This document shows positions 34,642 to 45,110 of a stretch of DNA of 64,000 nucleotides, piece by piece. How positions within the stretch are numbered: position 1 is the stretch's first letter; each line of letters starts with the position of its first letter. The translations under genes were made by a program, and so were the position numbers. This stretch comes from a virus: the IMG/VR virus record IMGVR_UViG_3300040959_000769, positions 64,001 through 128,000 of that record. One strand, written 5' to 3'. The notes below the pieces were generated by a model that saw nothing but the letters and a program-made list of their open reading frames with translations, did not search any database and had not been told where the DNA came from.

Positions 34642-37600
34642 TCACGCCTTTGCATCACCAGTTACGAGCCATGTGTCAGTGCCTCGCTTATGCAACGTTA
34701 TCATAGACCATTGTTCGCGGGTTTTAAGACCAACCGCAGCGTTAATTGTTACCCCTGAGAGTGCGTTAACTGTTGCGGTGCCTGTGCCTGTCTGCACAAT
34801 ATTGATAACTGTTCCGATAGGGAATGCGACACTGGCGTTTGTTGGAACATTAATGGTTCCCGTCGATGAAAATTCCAAGGTGTGACCTTCGTGGGCGGCA
34901 TTTAGAGTCATGTTTGAACTGTAAGTGTCATAATCGTGGAGAACACTTGTACCAGCAGGCAATGTAACCGTGCCGGTAAATGTCGGCGAAGCCAACGGAG
35001 CTTTCAACGCCAACGAGTTCGTGACCGTCGTCGAGAAGTTAGCGTCATCACCCAGAGCCGCAGCCAACTCATTCAACGTATCCAAAGTTGCCGGAGCAGA
35101 ATCAACCAAAGCGGACAATTCCTGCTGAACAAACGCAGTCGTCGCCAACTGTGTGGTGTTCGTTGTTGTAGCCGCCGTAGGTGCGGTAGGTGTGCCAGTC
35201 AAAGCAGGGCTAGCCAACGGGTCATAGTTAACCCAGTTCGCTCCGTCATACCTGATTGCTTCACCGCTGGAAAGAGAAGTAAATGAAACGTCGCCAATAT
35301 CTTCAAGAGCGGAAATAATCGGAACGTTCGCGTTCACCCAGTTAGTTCCGTTGTACTTCAAGAACTCGCCATCAGCCTCAGATGTCAGCGTTACATTGGT
35401 GATGTTTGCCAGAGTGTGCGCCGTGTTGACGTAGTTCGTTCCGTTGTAGAGAAGAATGTCGCCGGACGTTTCACTTGATGTTGAAACACCACCAGAGTTC
35501 TGGATTGTAAGCGGATAGGGAACCCAATTAGTTCCATCAAAGTAGGCAACGTCACCCTCTGAAGGAGCGAGAGTTGTCATATCAACATCGCTCAATCCAC
35601 CAATACTGTGATTAGACACGTCCGAAACCGTGCCTGTCACATCACCGGTTACATCACCGGTCACATTGCCAGTCAAAGATGCCGTGATGGTTCCCGCAGA
35701 GAAGTTGCCCGTTCCATCACGAGCAACAATCGTCCCTGCGGTATTCAGGTTCGTGGCATTAGAAGTGACCGTGACCGCAGCGCCCTCACCTGTTCCAACG
35801 ACAGTCAGACCAGTTCCAGAAACACCGACAGATGCGACATAGTCGCCCGTGGTATGCGTTCCCAGATCAACACTGTCGTTAGCCATTGCCGTCGTCAGAG
35901 TGATGTTCCCGGAACCATCAAACGAAACACCAGCAGCAGTCACATCGCCACTCAAAGCGATGGTGCGGGCATTTTGCAGAGTCGTAGCCGTTGTTGCATT
36001 TCCTGACAAAGCAGCAGTGACCGTCACGAACGTTGGTGAATCCGTCGTGGCAAGACCCTGAATAAGATCAGAGGTTTCAACGCTGGTGACACGACCGTAC
36101 GAATCAGTCGTAACACTTGACACGAATGTTGAGGTAGCGGAACCGGATGTGGAACCAACTGAAACAGTAGCCAAGTCAATATCGTCGGCATTGACGACAA
36201 TTCGAGAAACATCGGCTGTTCCAACATTCAGTGTGTTGCCTGTCTGGGCAAGACCCGTACCGGCAGTGAATGCTTGGGTTCCAGTGAACTGGGTGAACGA
36301 AAGTGCATCCGACCCAATTGAATGCGGCGACGATGTTGACGTAACAACGAAGCCCTGTCGGACATTCGTGCTACCGGCAAGAACGAAAACGGCTTCACCA
36401 GGGTTAACGTCGGCGTCGCTACCGTCAAAATCATCTGCCCTTGTAAGAATCCAGTACGCAGTGCCTGATGCCCCTTGATTCGTTACGACATAGATGCCGT
36501 TATGAGAACTTGTTGCTTGATCTTTAACAAGAACACGGTCCCCAGTGTTTGCGTTAGCTCCGTCAATGACCAGACGGACCTGGCTTGTTGCGGTAAGCGT
36601 CGCCCCCACACCACTTGATCCGTTGTCGTAAGATGGCGTGTCGGGAAGGGTTGTTGCAGTAGCCAAACGAACCGCTTCATGCCAGTCAATGCCAGCAGCA
36701 ATGTTGTCCACGTAAGATTTAGTTACCGCATGACCTGCTTGAGTTGGTGCCGTGCCAAGGCTGACCGTGTTGAACGTAACGTCATCTGACGTTCCCACCG
36801 CCTGACCAATAGCAACGGATGGGGTATTGCCTTCGCCAGTTCCGCCAGTAACTGTGACACCTGTACCCCCAGAAACACTGACGGTGTAATTACCTGTCGT
36901 GTCGGTTCCAAGAGCCACACTGTCGGCTTGAACTGTTGCGCTGATGTTGATATCGCCAGTTCCGTCAAATGAGGCAGAACCAGCAACGTCGCCAGAAATC
37001 TGAATGGTGCGAGCAGTCGCAAGAGCAGTAGCGGTGTCAGCGTTCCCAGTGACATTGCCGGTTAGGTTTCCTGTGACGTTACCGGTAAGAGCAGCCGTGA
37101 CGGTGTTGAAAGTGACGTCATCTGTGGTGCCAACAGCCTGCCCGATTGCGATAGTGGCAGTTTGACCTTCTCCCGTAGGATTGGTGATTGTTACACCGGT
37201 GCTTTCAGCCAACTCGGCAACATAGTTACCTGTCGTGTCAGTTCCAAGTGCGACCGAATCTGCTTGGATAGTCGTTGAAATTGAGACATCACCAGAACCG
37301 TTGAAACTGACAGAACCAGCCACGTCGCCAGTAAGCGAAATTGTCCGAGGAGTCTGCAATGTTGAAGCAGTAGTAGCATTACCACTTAAAGCTCCGTAGA
37401 AGGTGCTTGCTTGAACATCTGCTAATTCAAACGATGCGTCGCTAGTGTTAACGTTCCCTGAGAGTTCTGGGTCGTAAGCATTGAAGAACTTCCATCGAGC
37501 GTCATCGGTGTCGCGGAAAAGACCAGTGTGGTTGTAGCCGCTGTCGTTGTAGTTGCCAGCGAAACCAATATCAACGTTTACCGGTGAAGCGGTACCCGAC

Positions 37601-40600
37601 CATGTGTCCCCACTTGTGTGACCAGTCGCGGCAATAAATGTGATTGAAATGCCGTTATCAAGCGTTACACCGTCAGTGTCAATATCAACGCCAGTGGCTT
37701 CTGTTGTTGAGAAGTTGTCCTTTGACCATTCAAAGGTGTCCACCCCGCCGGTTCCAGCACCAACCCCGTCAATCCTGACGTAATAGGTTGTGCTACCAGT
37801 TCCAGAGTAGTGACCGGTCAACGTTCCGTCATTAAGACCCGTACCCGAGAATGACGTTGTGGCGATGGTGTCGCCGCCATTCAGATAGATCCACGAGTCA
37901 TCAACACTCAGGTTGTTGACAGAAACTTCTGACTGTGTTCCAAGGATTGTCAGGTTGCCAGCAACAGTAAGATCTCCGCTGATACGCGCATCGTTACGAA
38001 CACGAATATCATCAAATACCTCTGAAACAACTTTGACCCGGAAACAACCTGGATCCTGAGCGAGAAGCACCTCAGCAATCCCAATTGCATAGTTCGGGTA
38101 GGTCGGAACAGCCGTGGTTAAAGCACCTGGTGTTGTTGCTGATAGGTGAAGCCTGTCCCCGACGGAGAAACCGCTGAGGTCAACACCGAGCAAAACACCA
38201 GATTCAATAATGAATCCGTAAGCGCCATCAGCGATAGTGCTTTTGGCGACACCACCAACGTTGACTTTATCTCCATCGCTAGCATCAGCCAGAGCGATGG
38301 TTGGGATAGCCGCCGTTTCACCAGTGAAATAGACAGCCGAACCTGCCGGAATACTTACACCTGAATCGTTATGAACGTACAACGCCTGCTCTTGACCGAG
38401 AGCAATATCAACACCAGTCGTGCTCGTAAATGCACGTAGCGCTTTGTTAGCCGAGTCGTACCAGATTCGACCTTCTTCATATGTTGGCGTTGAATCAGGA
38501 GTGTAGGTTGAAGCCGCAACGTCGTAATACGACGCATAAACCCGAACGGCTTCAATATCGTTCGGCGTGTCGTTTGCGCGTCCTGCACCGAGGATAAGAA
38601 TTTCGCCAGTAGATGCATCCTTACGGATGACTCGACCGATGGCTTGAACTTTTGACCCGATAGCCGTCGGACGGGTACGTGTCAGTCCGCCACCTTCATC
38701 AACATACAGAACATCGTTGACGTCGTACGACGACGTATTCATGTGTTTGATAACGCCGAGGATGACGGCGTGACCTTCTGCGTTTGCTGTCAGTTCAGCG
38801 GTCGTGATTCCCAGTGCGGGCATTGTTGAAGATGTTGCCGCATCCGAAGGCGACACTTCTGTTTTGCCACTCGCACCAACCGAACCTGTCGCATAAACAG
38901 GCGTACCTTTAGCAATGGTGGAACCCGATGTGTTCTTAACATGAACATATACAGGTCCAGCAAGTTCACCGTGAATATGGCCAGCGTCAAGAAGACCGTT
39001 TACCGTCACATCTTCAAAAGTTACGCTTGCCGTACTGTCAAGAGTGATGGTTGGAGTTGCGCCTTCTCCAGAGTTATTGGTGAGCGTGACCCCGTTGCCT
39101 GCAACCAGGTTCTGAACATAGTCGCCGGTCGTATCAGTACCAAGAGTGACAGAATCAGGCTGAATTGTCGCCGCAATATTTATATTTGCTGTGCCATCAA
39201 ATGATGCAGAACCAACCACATCACCAGAAACTTGGATCGTTCGAGCCGTTTCCAACGCTGTTGCCGTATCAGCATTACCAACCAAATCGCCTGTAACAGT
39301 GTTGAAAGTTACGTCATCAGTTGTTCCAACCGACTGGCCGATTTCAATAGTGGGAGTTGCTTTTTCTCCTGAATTATTGCTGAGCGTGATACCAGTGCCA
39401 GCAACGAGATTCTGCACAAACGACCCAACAGTGTGATCACCAAGAGTGATCGCAGCATTGATCCACTCCGCTCCGTTGTAGCGAAGAAAGTCGTTAGATG
39501 CTGGAGTTGCGACCGTGGTATCTGTCAGACCAGCGACAGTTGGTGCAATGTTGCGCCACTCTCCCGCCGTTGAATCCCACGCAATAATGTCATCGTTAGA
39601 AACAGAAACAATGTTTACGCCAGGAATGTCATCAATTTCTGTCGGCAGCGGGTAGTACGTGACCCCGTCGTTGGTGAACTCCCAAACATCTTGCGTTTCA
39701 TCCCAACGAACAGAAACGTTGTTAGAGGTTCCACGTGTGACCTCAATGCCAGCATTCAGCGATGGGGCGCCAGTAACACCGCTGTTAAGGTTGATGATGT
39801 TGTCTTCAACGTACAGGTTTGCGGTGTTCAGAGTTGTTGTTGTTCCGTTGACCGTGAGGTTACCGCCGACAGTTAGATCAGCAGTTGTCGCAACAGAGTT
39901 GAAAGTCACGTTTGACGTTGTTGAAACGTCTTGACCAATAGCGATAGAAGGCGTGTTTCCTTCTCCGGAACCACCAGTAACAGTTACACCTGTTCCGCCG
40001 CTAACACCTTCGGTGTAATCCCCAGTTGTGTCCGTCCCAAGAGCAACACTGTCAGGTTGCACCGTGGTCGTGATCGTGACATCGGCAGATCCATCAAAAG
40101 AAACCGAACCAGCAACGTCTCCGTCAACAGTGAAAACTCGAGGTGTCTGCAAGGCGGAAGCCGTTCCAGCGTTGCCAGACACATCACCCGTAACATTGCC
40201 TGTCAGAGAAGCAGTGACAGAATTGAAAGTGACATCATCGCCAGTCCCAACCGACTGACCAATAGCAATCGTCGGGGTTGAACCCTCACCAGAATTGTCT
40301 GCCAGGTTTACACCGGTACCAGCAACCAAATTCTGGACATAGTCACCAGTTGTGTCAGCACCCAAAGCCACCGAGTCAGGCTGAACTGTCGCCGCGATAT
40401 TGACATCCGTGGACCCGTCAAAACTTACAGATCCCGCCACATCTCCAGAGAGTTGAATGATTCGAGCGGTTTCAAGGATGCTTGCCGAATCAGCATTACC
40501 GACAATGTCTGCCGTCACAGTGTTGAACGTGACATCTGACGTGGTTTCAACTTCCTGACCGATTGAAACTGACGCTGCTGCGCCTTCACCGGTTCCACCC

Positions 40601-40926
40601 AAAATGGTGACTCCGGTACCTGCGGTAACGCTCTCAACGTAGTCACCAACCGAGTCGGTGCCAAGATTTACAGCGTCATTGATCCACGCAACACCATTCC
40701 AACGCAAGAAATCGCCATCAGCAGCAGATGTGATGGTTACATCAGAAATTTCGTCAAGTGTTGCCGTTGTGTAGTAATAGTCAAGCGAAGTCCATGCAGT
40801 AAGACCATCACCAAGTTTGAGTTTCCCAGTGTCCGTCTCGTACCCAAGTTCGCCTTGAGCAAGAGTTGGATCTTCACTTGTCCAATTCGCCGCTGTATCT
40901 CGGCGTAGCTGAATTCTTGTTGCCAT
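34642..40926 (-). CDS. Long tail fibre / virion appendage protein (2094 aa) with internal repeats
   Basis: N-terminal RIQLRRDTAANW...GELGYETDTGKLKLGDG; six TAR.I..SGDV.GS.SFDG and eight DSV.LG.DTTG.Y modules; C-terminal IGT.I.I.Q.G.G...W.L.GD domain. Confidence 0.85.
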   Translation of the reverse strand: MATRIQLRRDTAANWTSEDPTLAQGELGYETDTGKLKLGDGLTAWTSLDYYYTTATLDEISDVTITSAADGDFLRWNGVAWINDAVNLGTDSVGDYVESVTAGTGVTILGGTGEGAAASVSIGQEVETTSDVTFNTVTADIVGNADSASILETARIIQLSGDVAGSVSFDGSTDVNIAATVQPDSVALGADTTGDYVQNLVAGTGVNLADNSGEGSTPTIAIGQSVGTGDDVTFNSVTASLTGNVTGDVSGNAGTASALQTPRVFTVDGDVAGSVSFDGSADVTITTTVQPDSVALGTDTTGDYTEGVSGGTGVTVTGGSGEGNTPSIAIGQDVSTTSNVTFNSVATTADLTVGGNLTVNGTTTTLNTANLYVEDNIINLNSGVTGAPSLNAGIEVTRGTSNNVSVRWDETQDVWEFTNDGVTYYPLPTEIDDIPGVNIVSVSNDDIIAWDSTAGEWRNIAPTVAGLTDTTVATPASNDFLRYNGAEWINAAITLGDHTVGSFVQNLVAGTGITLSNNSGEKATPTIEIGQSVGTTDDVTFNTVTGDLVGNADTATALETARTIQVSGDVVGSASFDGTANINIAATIQPDSVTLGTDTTGDYVQNLVAGNGVTLTNNSGEGATPTITLDSTASVTFEDVTVNGLLDAGHIHGELAGPVYVHVKNTSGSTIAKGTPVYATGSVGASGKTEVSPSDAATSSTMPALGITTAELTANAEGHAVILGVIKHMNTSSYDVNDVLYVDEGGGLTRTRPTAIGSKVQAIGRVIRKDASTGEILILGAGRANDTPNDIEAVRVYASYYDVAASTYTPDSTPTYEEGRIWYDSANKALRAFTSTTGVDIALGQEQALYVHNDSGVSIPAGSAVYFTGETAAIPTIALADASDGDKVNVGGVAKSTIADGAYGFIIESGVLLGVDLSGFSVGDRLHLSATTPGALTTAVPTYPNYAIGIAEVLLAQDPGCFRVKVVSEVFDDIRVRNDARISGDLTVAGNLTILGTQSEVSVNNLSVDDSWIYLNGGDTIATTSFSGTGLNDGTLTGHYSGTGSTTYYVRIDGVGAGTGGVDTFEWSKDNFSTTEATGVDIDTDGVTLDNGISITFIAATGHTSGDTWSGTASPVNVDIGFAGNYNDSGYNHTGLFRDTDDARWKFFNAYDPELSGNVNTSDASFELADVQASTFYGALSGNATTASTLQTPRTISLTGDVAGSVSFNGSGDVSISTTIQADSVALGTDTTGNYVAELAESTGVTITNPTGEGQTATIAIGQAVGTTDDVTFNTVTAALTGNVTGNLTGNVTGNADTATALATARTIQISGDVAGSASFDGTGDINISATVQADSVALGTDTTGNYTVSVSGGTGVTVTGGTGEGNTPSVAIGQAVGTSDDVTFNTVSLGTAPTQAGHAVTKSYVDNIAAGIDWHEAVRLATATTLPDTPSYDNGSSGVGATLTATSQVRLVIDGANANTGDRVLVKDQATSSHNGIYVVTNQGASGTAYWILTRADDFDGSDADVNPGEAVFVLAGSTNVRQGFVVTSTSSPHSIGSDALSFTQFTGTQAFTAGTGLAQTGNTLNVGTADVSRIVVNADDIDLATVSVGSTSGSATSTFVSSVTTDSYGRVTSVETSDLIQGLATTDSPTFVTVTAALSGNATTATTLQNARTIALSGDVTAAGVSFDGSGNITLTTAMANDSVDLGTHTTGDYVASVGVSGTGLTVVGTGEGAAVTVTSNATNLNTAGTIVARDGTGNFSAGTITASLTGNVTGDVTGDVTGTVSDVSNHSIGGLSDVDMTTLAPSEGDVAYFDGTNWVPYPLTIQNSGGVSTSSETSGDILLYNGTNYVNTAHTLANITNVTLTSEADGEFLKYNGTNWVNANVPIISALEDIGDVSFTSLSSGEAIRYDGANWVNYDPLASPALTGTPTAPTAATTTNTTQLATTAFVQQELSALVDSAPATLDTLNELAAALGDDANFSTTVTNSLALKAPLASPTFTGTVTLPAGTSVLHDYDTYSSNMTLNAAHEGHTLEFSSTGTINVPTNASVAFPIGTVINIVQTGTGTATVNALSGVTINAAVGLKTREQWSMITLHKRGTDTWLVTGDAKA

Positions 40927-41453
40927 TAGCCTGCTGCTCCTCCACCGCTAATGGCTACAATTCCTCCATACACGGAGTCTGCCAAGCCACCATCAATGTT
41001 ATGTGGAATTTCGTACTCGTTGTACCATTCACTGGCACTTGAGTCATATTTTAGTATTTGACCGTCCTGTAAAGATGTAAGGTTCACATCTTCCAAACCT
41101 GACAAAACTGCTGTCAGTGTGCGCCAAGTGCTTCCCGATCTGAAGTAAAACGAATCATTAGTTGTGTCAACAGCCAAAGCGCCGTCTGCCAGCACATCGG
41201 TCGGAATACCATTAGTGGTAAGAGTTACAAGACCGGAAGCAGCCTCAAAAATGTCATCGGTCTTCAGAGAGTCAGAACCAGAACGGTAAAGATTTGTATC
41301 AGTTGAAGTTGATCCAGAACCCCAAGAGATTCGACCGCCTGCTTCAACCTTGATACGAACGTCAGAATCACCATCAACGGCTACGCTGATGCCATCAGAA
41401 CCGGCAGATGATAACTGCCGTACTGAAATTGGTACGGTGAATTTCTGAGCCAC
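40926..41453 (-). CDS. Virion structural/fibre-associated protein
   Basis: GTG start, coupled to the long fibre gene; ends with the common IDGG.ADSVY motif. Confidence 0.7.
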   Translation of the reverse strand: MAQKFTVPISVRQLSSAGSDGISVAVDGDSDVRIKVEAGGRISWGSGSTSTDTNLYRSGSDSLKTDDIFEAASGLVTLTTNGIPTDVLADGALAVDTTNDSFYFRSGSTWRTLTAVLSGLEDVNLTSLQDGQILKYDSSASEWYNEYEIPHNIDGGLADSVYGGIVAISGGGAAG

Positions 41454-41493
41454 GACTCGTTCCTTGTTGTTACCCCTCGGGGTTTTTGTTTAC

Positions 41494-42687
41494 CTAGCCA
41501 GTAACTACGATTCTGTAGTCCCCGGATGAAATACTGGCACCGTTTATCGTGACGGTGACAACGTCAATTGAGGTGCGAACCACATCCGCCACAACGGTTG
41601 CGTTTGTTGCTGCCTCAAAAACTTGCACGATCACATCAGAGCTACCCATATTGTGAGTGACCGTTGTCGTGCTGGTGCTACCCGCAGATGCCGCGCAGTC
41701 CTGCGCAGCGACACGGGCAAGAGTTGGCGTGCTGGTCGTTAGACCACTTGAACTTGTTTCAGCCAGATTGTCACGAGCATTTGCCGCTGTGCTGGCTCCA
41801 GTACCGCCGTAAGCAACGGGAAGGTCAACGGTGTCACTAAGGACTTCAGTTCCGTTGACGTAGTAGGCGCTGAAATCAACGTCGCCCAGCGTCCCCGAGA
41901 AAACTTCGGATGTGTTCGTGGAATCCGGAATAAACGTGAAACGTCCGGTTGAGTCGTCGTACCCGAAGAAACCGACTTTCGCGCTGGCTCCGTCATGCCA
42001 CTTGAACTCAATACCGCGATCTTTGTCGTCATCAGACGACGGAGTTGAGTCGCCGCCCAGCGTGAAGATCGGGTCATCAATCGTGACGGTAGTCGAGTTG
42101 ACGGTCGTTGTCGTCCCATTGACCGTAAGATCGCCACCGATAGTGACATTTCCAGTTGTTTCAACTTCTGCAAACGTGACACTCGCGGAAGTTCCAACGT
42201 CTTGCCCGATATAGATCTCAATGTCATTATCGGAAGCAACAGTCGTTACCCCTACGCCACCAGTAAAGTTCAGTGTGTCGCTAAGGAGGCTGACGCCATC
42301 TGTTCCCGTGTCAGCAGAGATGTTGAGGATCGTGGCAACGCTTACTTCGCTTGCCGCTGTCAGGCGACCCTGCTGATCAACAGTGAAACTTGGGATCGCA
42401 GTAGCGGAACCGTATGAGCCAGGTGTTACCGAAGTATCAGCAAGATCAATAGTGACGTCGCCATCATTACCGCCACCGTCTAAACCTGTTCCAGCAATGA
42501 TTGACTGAATGTCACCACTTAAATCTGTCCACGAAGTTCCGTTGTACAGGAAAAGCGTGTCATTTGAAGTGTTGTAATAGATTTGACCCGTTGTTGGGCT
42601 GACAGGGGCAGAAGCCAGGTTCTGGATAGCAGCATTTTGGAGTTCATTCTGATTGAGATCCAAATTTGTCACAAATTTAGTTGCCAT
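41494..42687 (-). CDS. Virion structural/fibre protein
   Basis: KFVTNLDLNQNELQNA..QNL N-terminus; Gly/Thr-rich; shares GDLTVNGTTTTVNS with the long fibre. Confidence 0.75.
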   Translation of the reverse strand: MATKFVTNLDLNQNELQNAAIQNLASAPVSPTTGQIYYNTSNDTLFLYNGTSWTDLSGDIQSIIAGTGLDGGGNDGDVTIDLADTSVTPGSYGSATAIPSFTVDQQGRLTAASEVSVATILNISADTGTDGVSLLSDTLNFTGGVGVTTVASDNDIEIYIGQDVGTSASVTFAEVETTGNVTIGGDLTVNGTTTTVNSTTVTIDDPIFTLGGDSTPSSDDDKDRGIEFKWHDGASAKVGFFGYDDSTGRFTFIPDSTNTSEVFSGTLGDVDFSAYYVNGTEVLSDTVDLPVAYGGTGASTAANARDNLAETSSSGLTTSTPTLARVAAQDCAASAGSTSTTTVTHNMGSSDVIVQVFEAATNATVVADVVRTSIDVVTVTINGASISSGDYRIVVTG

Positions 42688-42700
42688 TTAGATCCCTCGA

Positions 42701-43183
42701 TCAGGTAAGATACGCTTTCCCGGAAAAAGCCCCAGAAAACTCGACTACTACGTTTTCGTCGTCAATATATGTTACATCACCAATAACCACAGAGTTCGCA
42801 CTATCCACAATGGTTACAGAGGGAAAACCGCCTAATGGATGGGTAATTTCCCAGGACGCGCTAGGCGAAACTTGATTAAACACGTAACGTCTACTGGTCG
42901 TGAGCGTGAAGAACGGGCTTTCTGGCCAATCAGCGTCACCTTTAGGTCCCCAGAAACGTGCTGGAGCCTCGGTATCAATGTAAATATCGCCAGCGTTACC
43001 TAGCAACGAAGTGGGATCTCCAGTGCCGGAAATAATTGTTCCACCGGCAGAACCCTGAGCACCCAGTAGAGAAACGACAACACTAAGTTGATCTTCTGAG
43101 ATACTTACTTTGTTTCGAAGTTCATCTACCTCAAGAGTTACTTTGTCTGGTTCAGTTACCTTGACGTAAACCTCATCGCTCAC
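42701..43183 (-). CDS. Virion structural protein
   Basis: C-terminal YVFNQ.SPSA.W.I.H.LG.FPSVT.VDS...FSGKAYL domain common in tail modules. Confidence 0.7.
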   Translation of the reverse strand: MSDEVYVKVTEPDKVTLEVDELRNKVSISEDQLSVVVSLLGAQGSAGGTIISGTGDPTSLLGNAGDIYIDTEAPARFWGPKGDADWPESPFFTLTTSRRYVFNQVSPSASWEITHPLGGFPSVTIVDSANSVVIGDVTYIDDENVVVEFSGAFSGKAYLT

Positions 43184-43548
43184 CGGGTCACCTCAAGATC
43201 TAATGTCACCGCACCCTTCAAGAGCCGATCTACACGCCCCCCGTTGTTGATGATTTCCAAGTCATAGACACCATCAGTTGACATTGATGCGGTATCGGCG
43301 GATGAAATAGTCAGAGTGACAGTCCCATCAGTTCCACCCAGCTCAATCATTCCGTTTTCGGTTGTTAATTCAACCATTGTTTCAGTGCTGTCAATTTCGG
43401 CTCGAATGTGCATTCTTGCCGTGTAATTAGTGAAATCAAAAAGATCGTTATCTGAATCCCGGACAGTGATTTCCCTACTGAACGTAGCGCCCTGATAAAT
43501 TGTGAAGTTATAGACGCCTGCGATCACGATTCCGCCTCCGAACAACAA
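43180..43548 (-). CDS. Beta-sandwich virion protein (BppU/LtfC N-terminal-like)
   Basis: YNFTIYQGATF...TARMHIR...GTVTLTIS...GVYDLEI...RLLKG; start may be the GTG near 43527. Confidence 0.65.
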   Translation of the reverse strand: MLFGGGIVIAGVYNFTIYQGATFSREITVRDSDNDLFDFTNYTARMHIRAEIDSTETMVELTTENGMIELGGTDGTVTLTISSADTASMSTDGVYDLEIINNGGRVDRLLKGAVTLDLEVTR

Positions 43549-43600
43549 GAACTACCACGATTTTAGCGCATATCTTGCCGCTGTCGGGGTCTGGAATGCA

Positions 43601-43629
43601 AAGTGGGGCGGCTCAACACCGCCCCACTT
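43601..43629 (-). terminator. Intrinsic terminator after the putative holin
   Basis: 11-bp perfect GC-rich stem AAGTGGGGCGG/CCGCCCCACTT with a 7-nt loop. Confidence 0.75.
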
Positions 43630-43656
43630 CACTCCTTGTCGGGAGGAACTAAAGAA

Positions 43657-43866
43657 TCAGTCCTCGCTATCGGTGTCGAAGAAAGAGGCAATCGTCGGAT
43701 CGCCAATCTTCTGTGAAGCAACGGCTAGAACAGCACCGATCATCGGCAGCAGGATTGCCACCAAGCCCGGATCCATGTTCCACTTGTTTGCTGCGTAGAC
43801 GAAAAGACCCATGATGCCGCCTTTGGCAACTTGATCACTCGTCTGCTTCTTGTTGACCTTCTTCAT
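43657..43866 (-). CDS. Putative holin / small membrane protein
   Basis: Basic N-terminus MKKVNKK, two hydrophobic segments, acidic tail; GGGAG RBS. Confidence 0.55.
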   Translation of the reverse strand: MKKVNKKQTSDQVAKGGIMGLFVYAANKWNMDPGLVAILLPMIGAVLAVASQKIGDPTIASFFDTDSED

Positions 43867-44092
43867 CTGTTTCTCCCTGATAGGTCGAATAACTGTTAGT
43901 GAGAATAATATCTCCTGCACAGTTTATCATTCCTTGAGCCAGCCACGAGCTCATACCCGGACTCGACACCACATGCAGGTCCTGGCCAGACGAATCAGCA
44001 GACTCAGCAACAATGATCCAATTGGTGATTAGACGCTGCGGAAGAGCCTCTTCCACCATCTTCGCGAAGTCAAACTCGTCGTCTTTATCCAC
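43835..44092 (-). CDS. Small acidic hypothetical protein
   Basis: GTG start directly after the 44095 stop. Confidence 0.55.
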   Translation of the reverse strand: MDKDDEFDFAKMVEEALPQRLITNWIIVAESADSSGQDLHVVSSPGMSSWLAQGMINCAGDIILTNSYSTYQGETDEEGQQEADE

Positions 44093-44094
44093 GT

Positions 44095-45108
44095 CTATAC
44101 CGTGTAGTGAATATAAATACGCCAAGGGTCAGTATCATAGGTGGTATCCCCCGGAGGAGCCGTCTGCCGATATGTAGAACCACCCGCACAAGAAGTAGAT
44201 TGCAGGCTGCTGTTCGGGTAAATAAGCAACCCAAAACCAGAATTAGTTCCCACAGCAGAACGCGCCCCAGAACTGAAAGCAACAGTTTCGTGACCGCCAA
44301 AATTGATAATTCCGCTAGAAAAACCATTAGGAGTAGCAAGATCAGGTGTCGTTGGTCGAGTGCCATAGTTATGGGTGGCAAAAGTAAGGACACCACCACA
44401 ACCACTTGAAGACGACTTACTGACACTCACAGTCGCAGAATCCGGCGCATACCCGCGAGAAGACCCAGACGCACCCCCAATAGTGTTGTTGCCATAAAAC
44501 ACGTACCCGTACTGGTAGCTAGAAGAACTGCCAATCCACCCCGAGATAACATCTGAAATGCCTGTACGCCAAGGGGTGTTAAATCCTGTAGCCCACGTAC
44601 CCCAACCGACGTTCAAAGAAGTGCTGATCGGATCAGCGGAAAAAGATCCCCAAGGTTTCGTCGTATACGCCTGAGGCGTCGTGTAACTCGGGTTACCTAA
44701 ACTGTCAATGTACATAGTTCGATACCAAGCAGTGCTGTAATTCTGTCTATCGCTCGTGCTTACGGTGTGAGGGGCGGTTCCTCCAGAAATTGAGATATCT
44801 GCAACGTCTGTAAAAGCCCAAGGATAATAAGGTGAGTACTGTAGTTTTGCGACCGCAATTCCGCTCGGGTCAGACGCAGCATTGTAAGAAACGTTGAACC
44901 CTCGAACAGAGTCACTCCAAGTGGCAGCGTAAACTGATCCACCTGTCGGACCGCTAACATCGTTCACCCAAGCGGTCTGCCAGCCACCTGAATAATATTT
45001 CACTCGTTGAGGCACAACCCAACTAGAACCGTTGTAGTACTTGATTTTCTGTTGACCATCAAGAATGGTCACCCAGCCAGAACCATTATGGTACTTAATA
45101 GCAGCCAT
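44095..45108 (-). CDS. Minor tail protein (Ser/Gly/Tyr-rich beta protein)
   Basis: IKYHNGSGWV...KYYNGSSWV N-terminus typical of fibre-tip proteins; tail operon position. Confidence 0.65.
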   Translation of the reverse strand: MAAIKYHNGSGWVTILDGQQKIKYYNGSSWVVPQRVKYYSGGWQTAWVNDVSGPTGGSVYAATWSDSVRGFNVSYNAASDPSGIAVAKLQYSPYYPWAFTDVADISISGGTAPHTVSTSDRQNYSTAWYRTMYIDSLGNPSYTTPQAYTTKPWGSFSADPISTSLNVGWGTWATGFNTPWRTGISDVISGWIGSSSSYQYGYVFYGNNTIGGASGSSRGYAPDSATVSVSKSSSSGCGGVLTFATHNYGTRPTTPDLATPNGFSSGIINFGGHETVAFSSGARSAVGTNSGFGLLIYPNSSLQSTSCAGGSTYRQTAPPGDTTYDTDPWRIYIHYTV

Positions 45109-45110
45109 GA

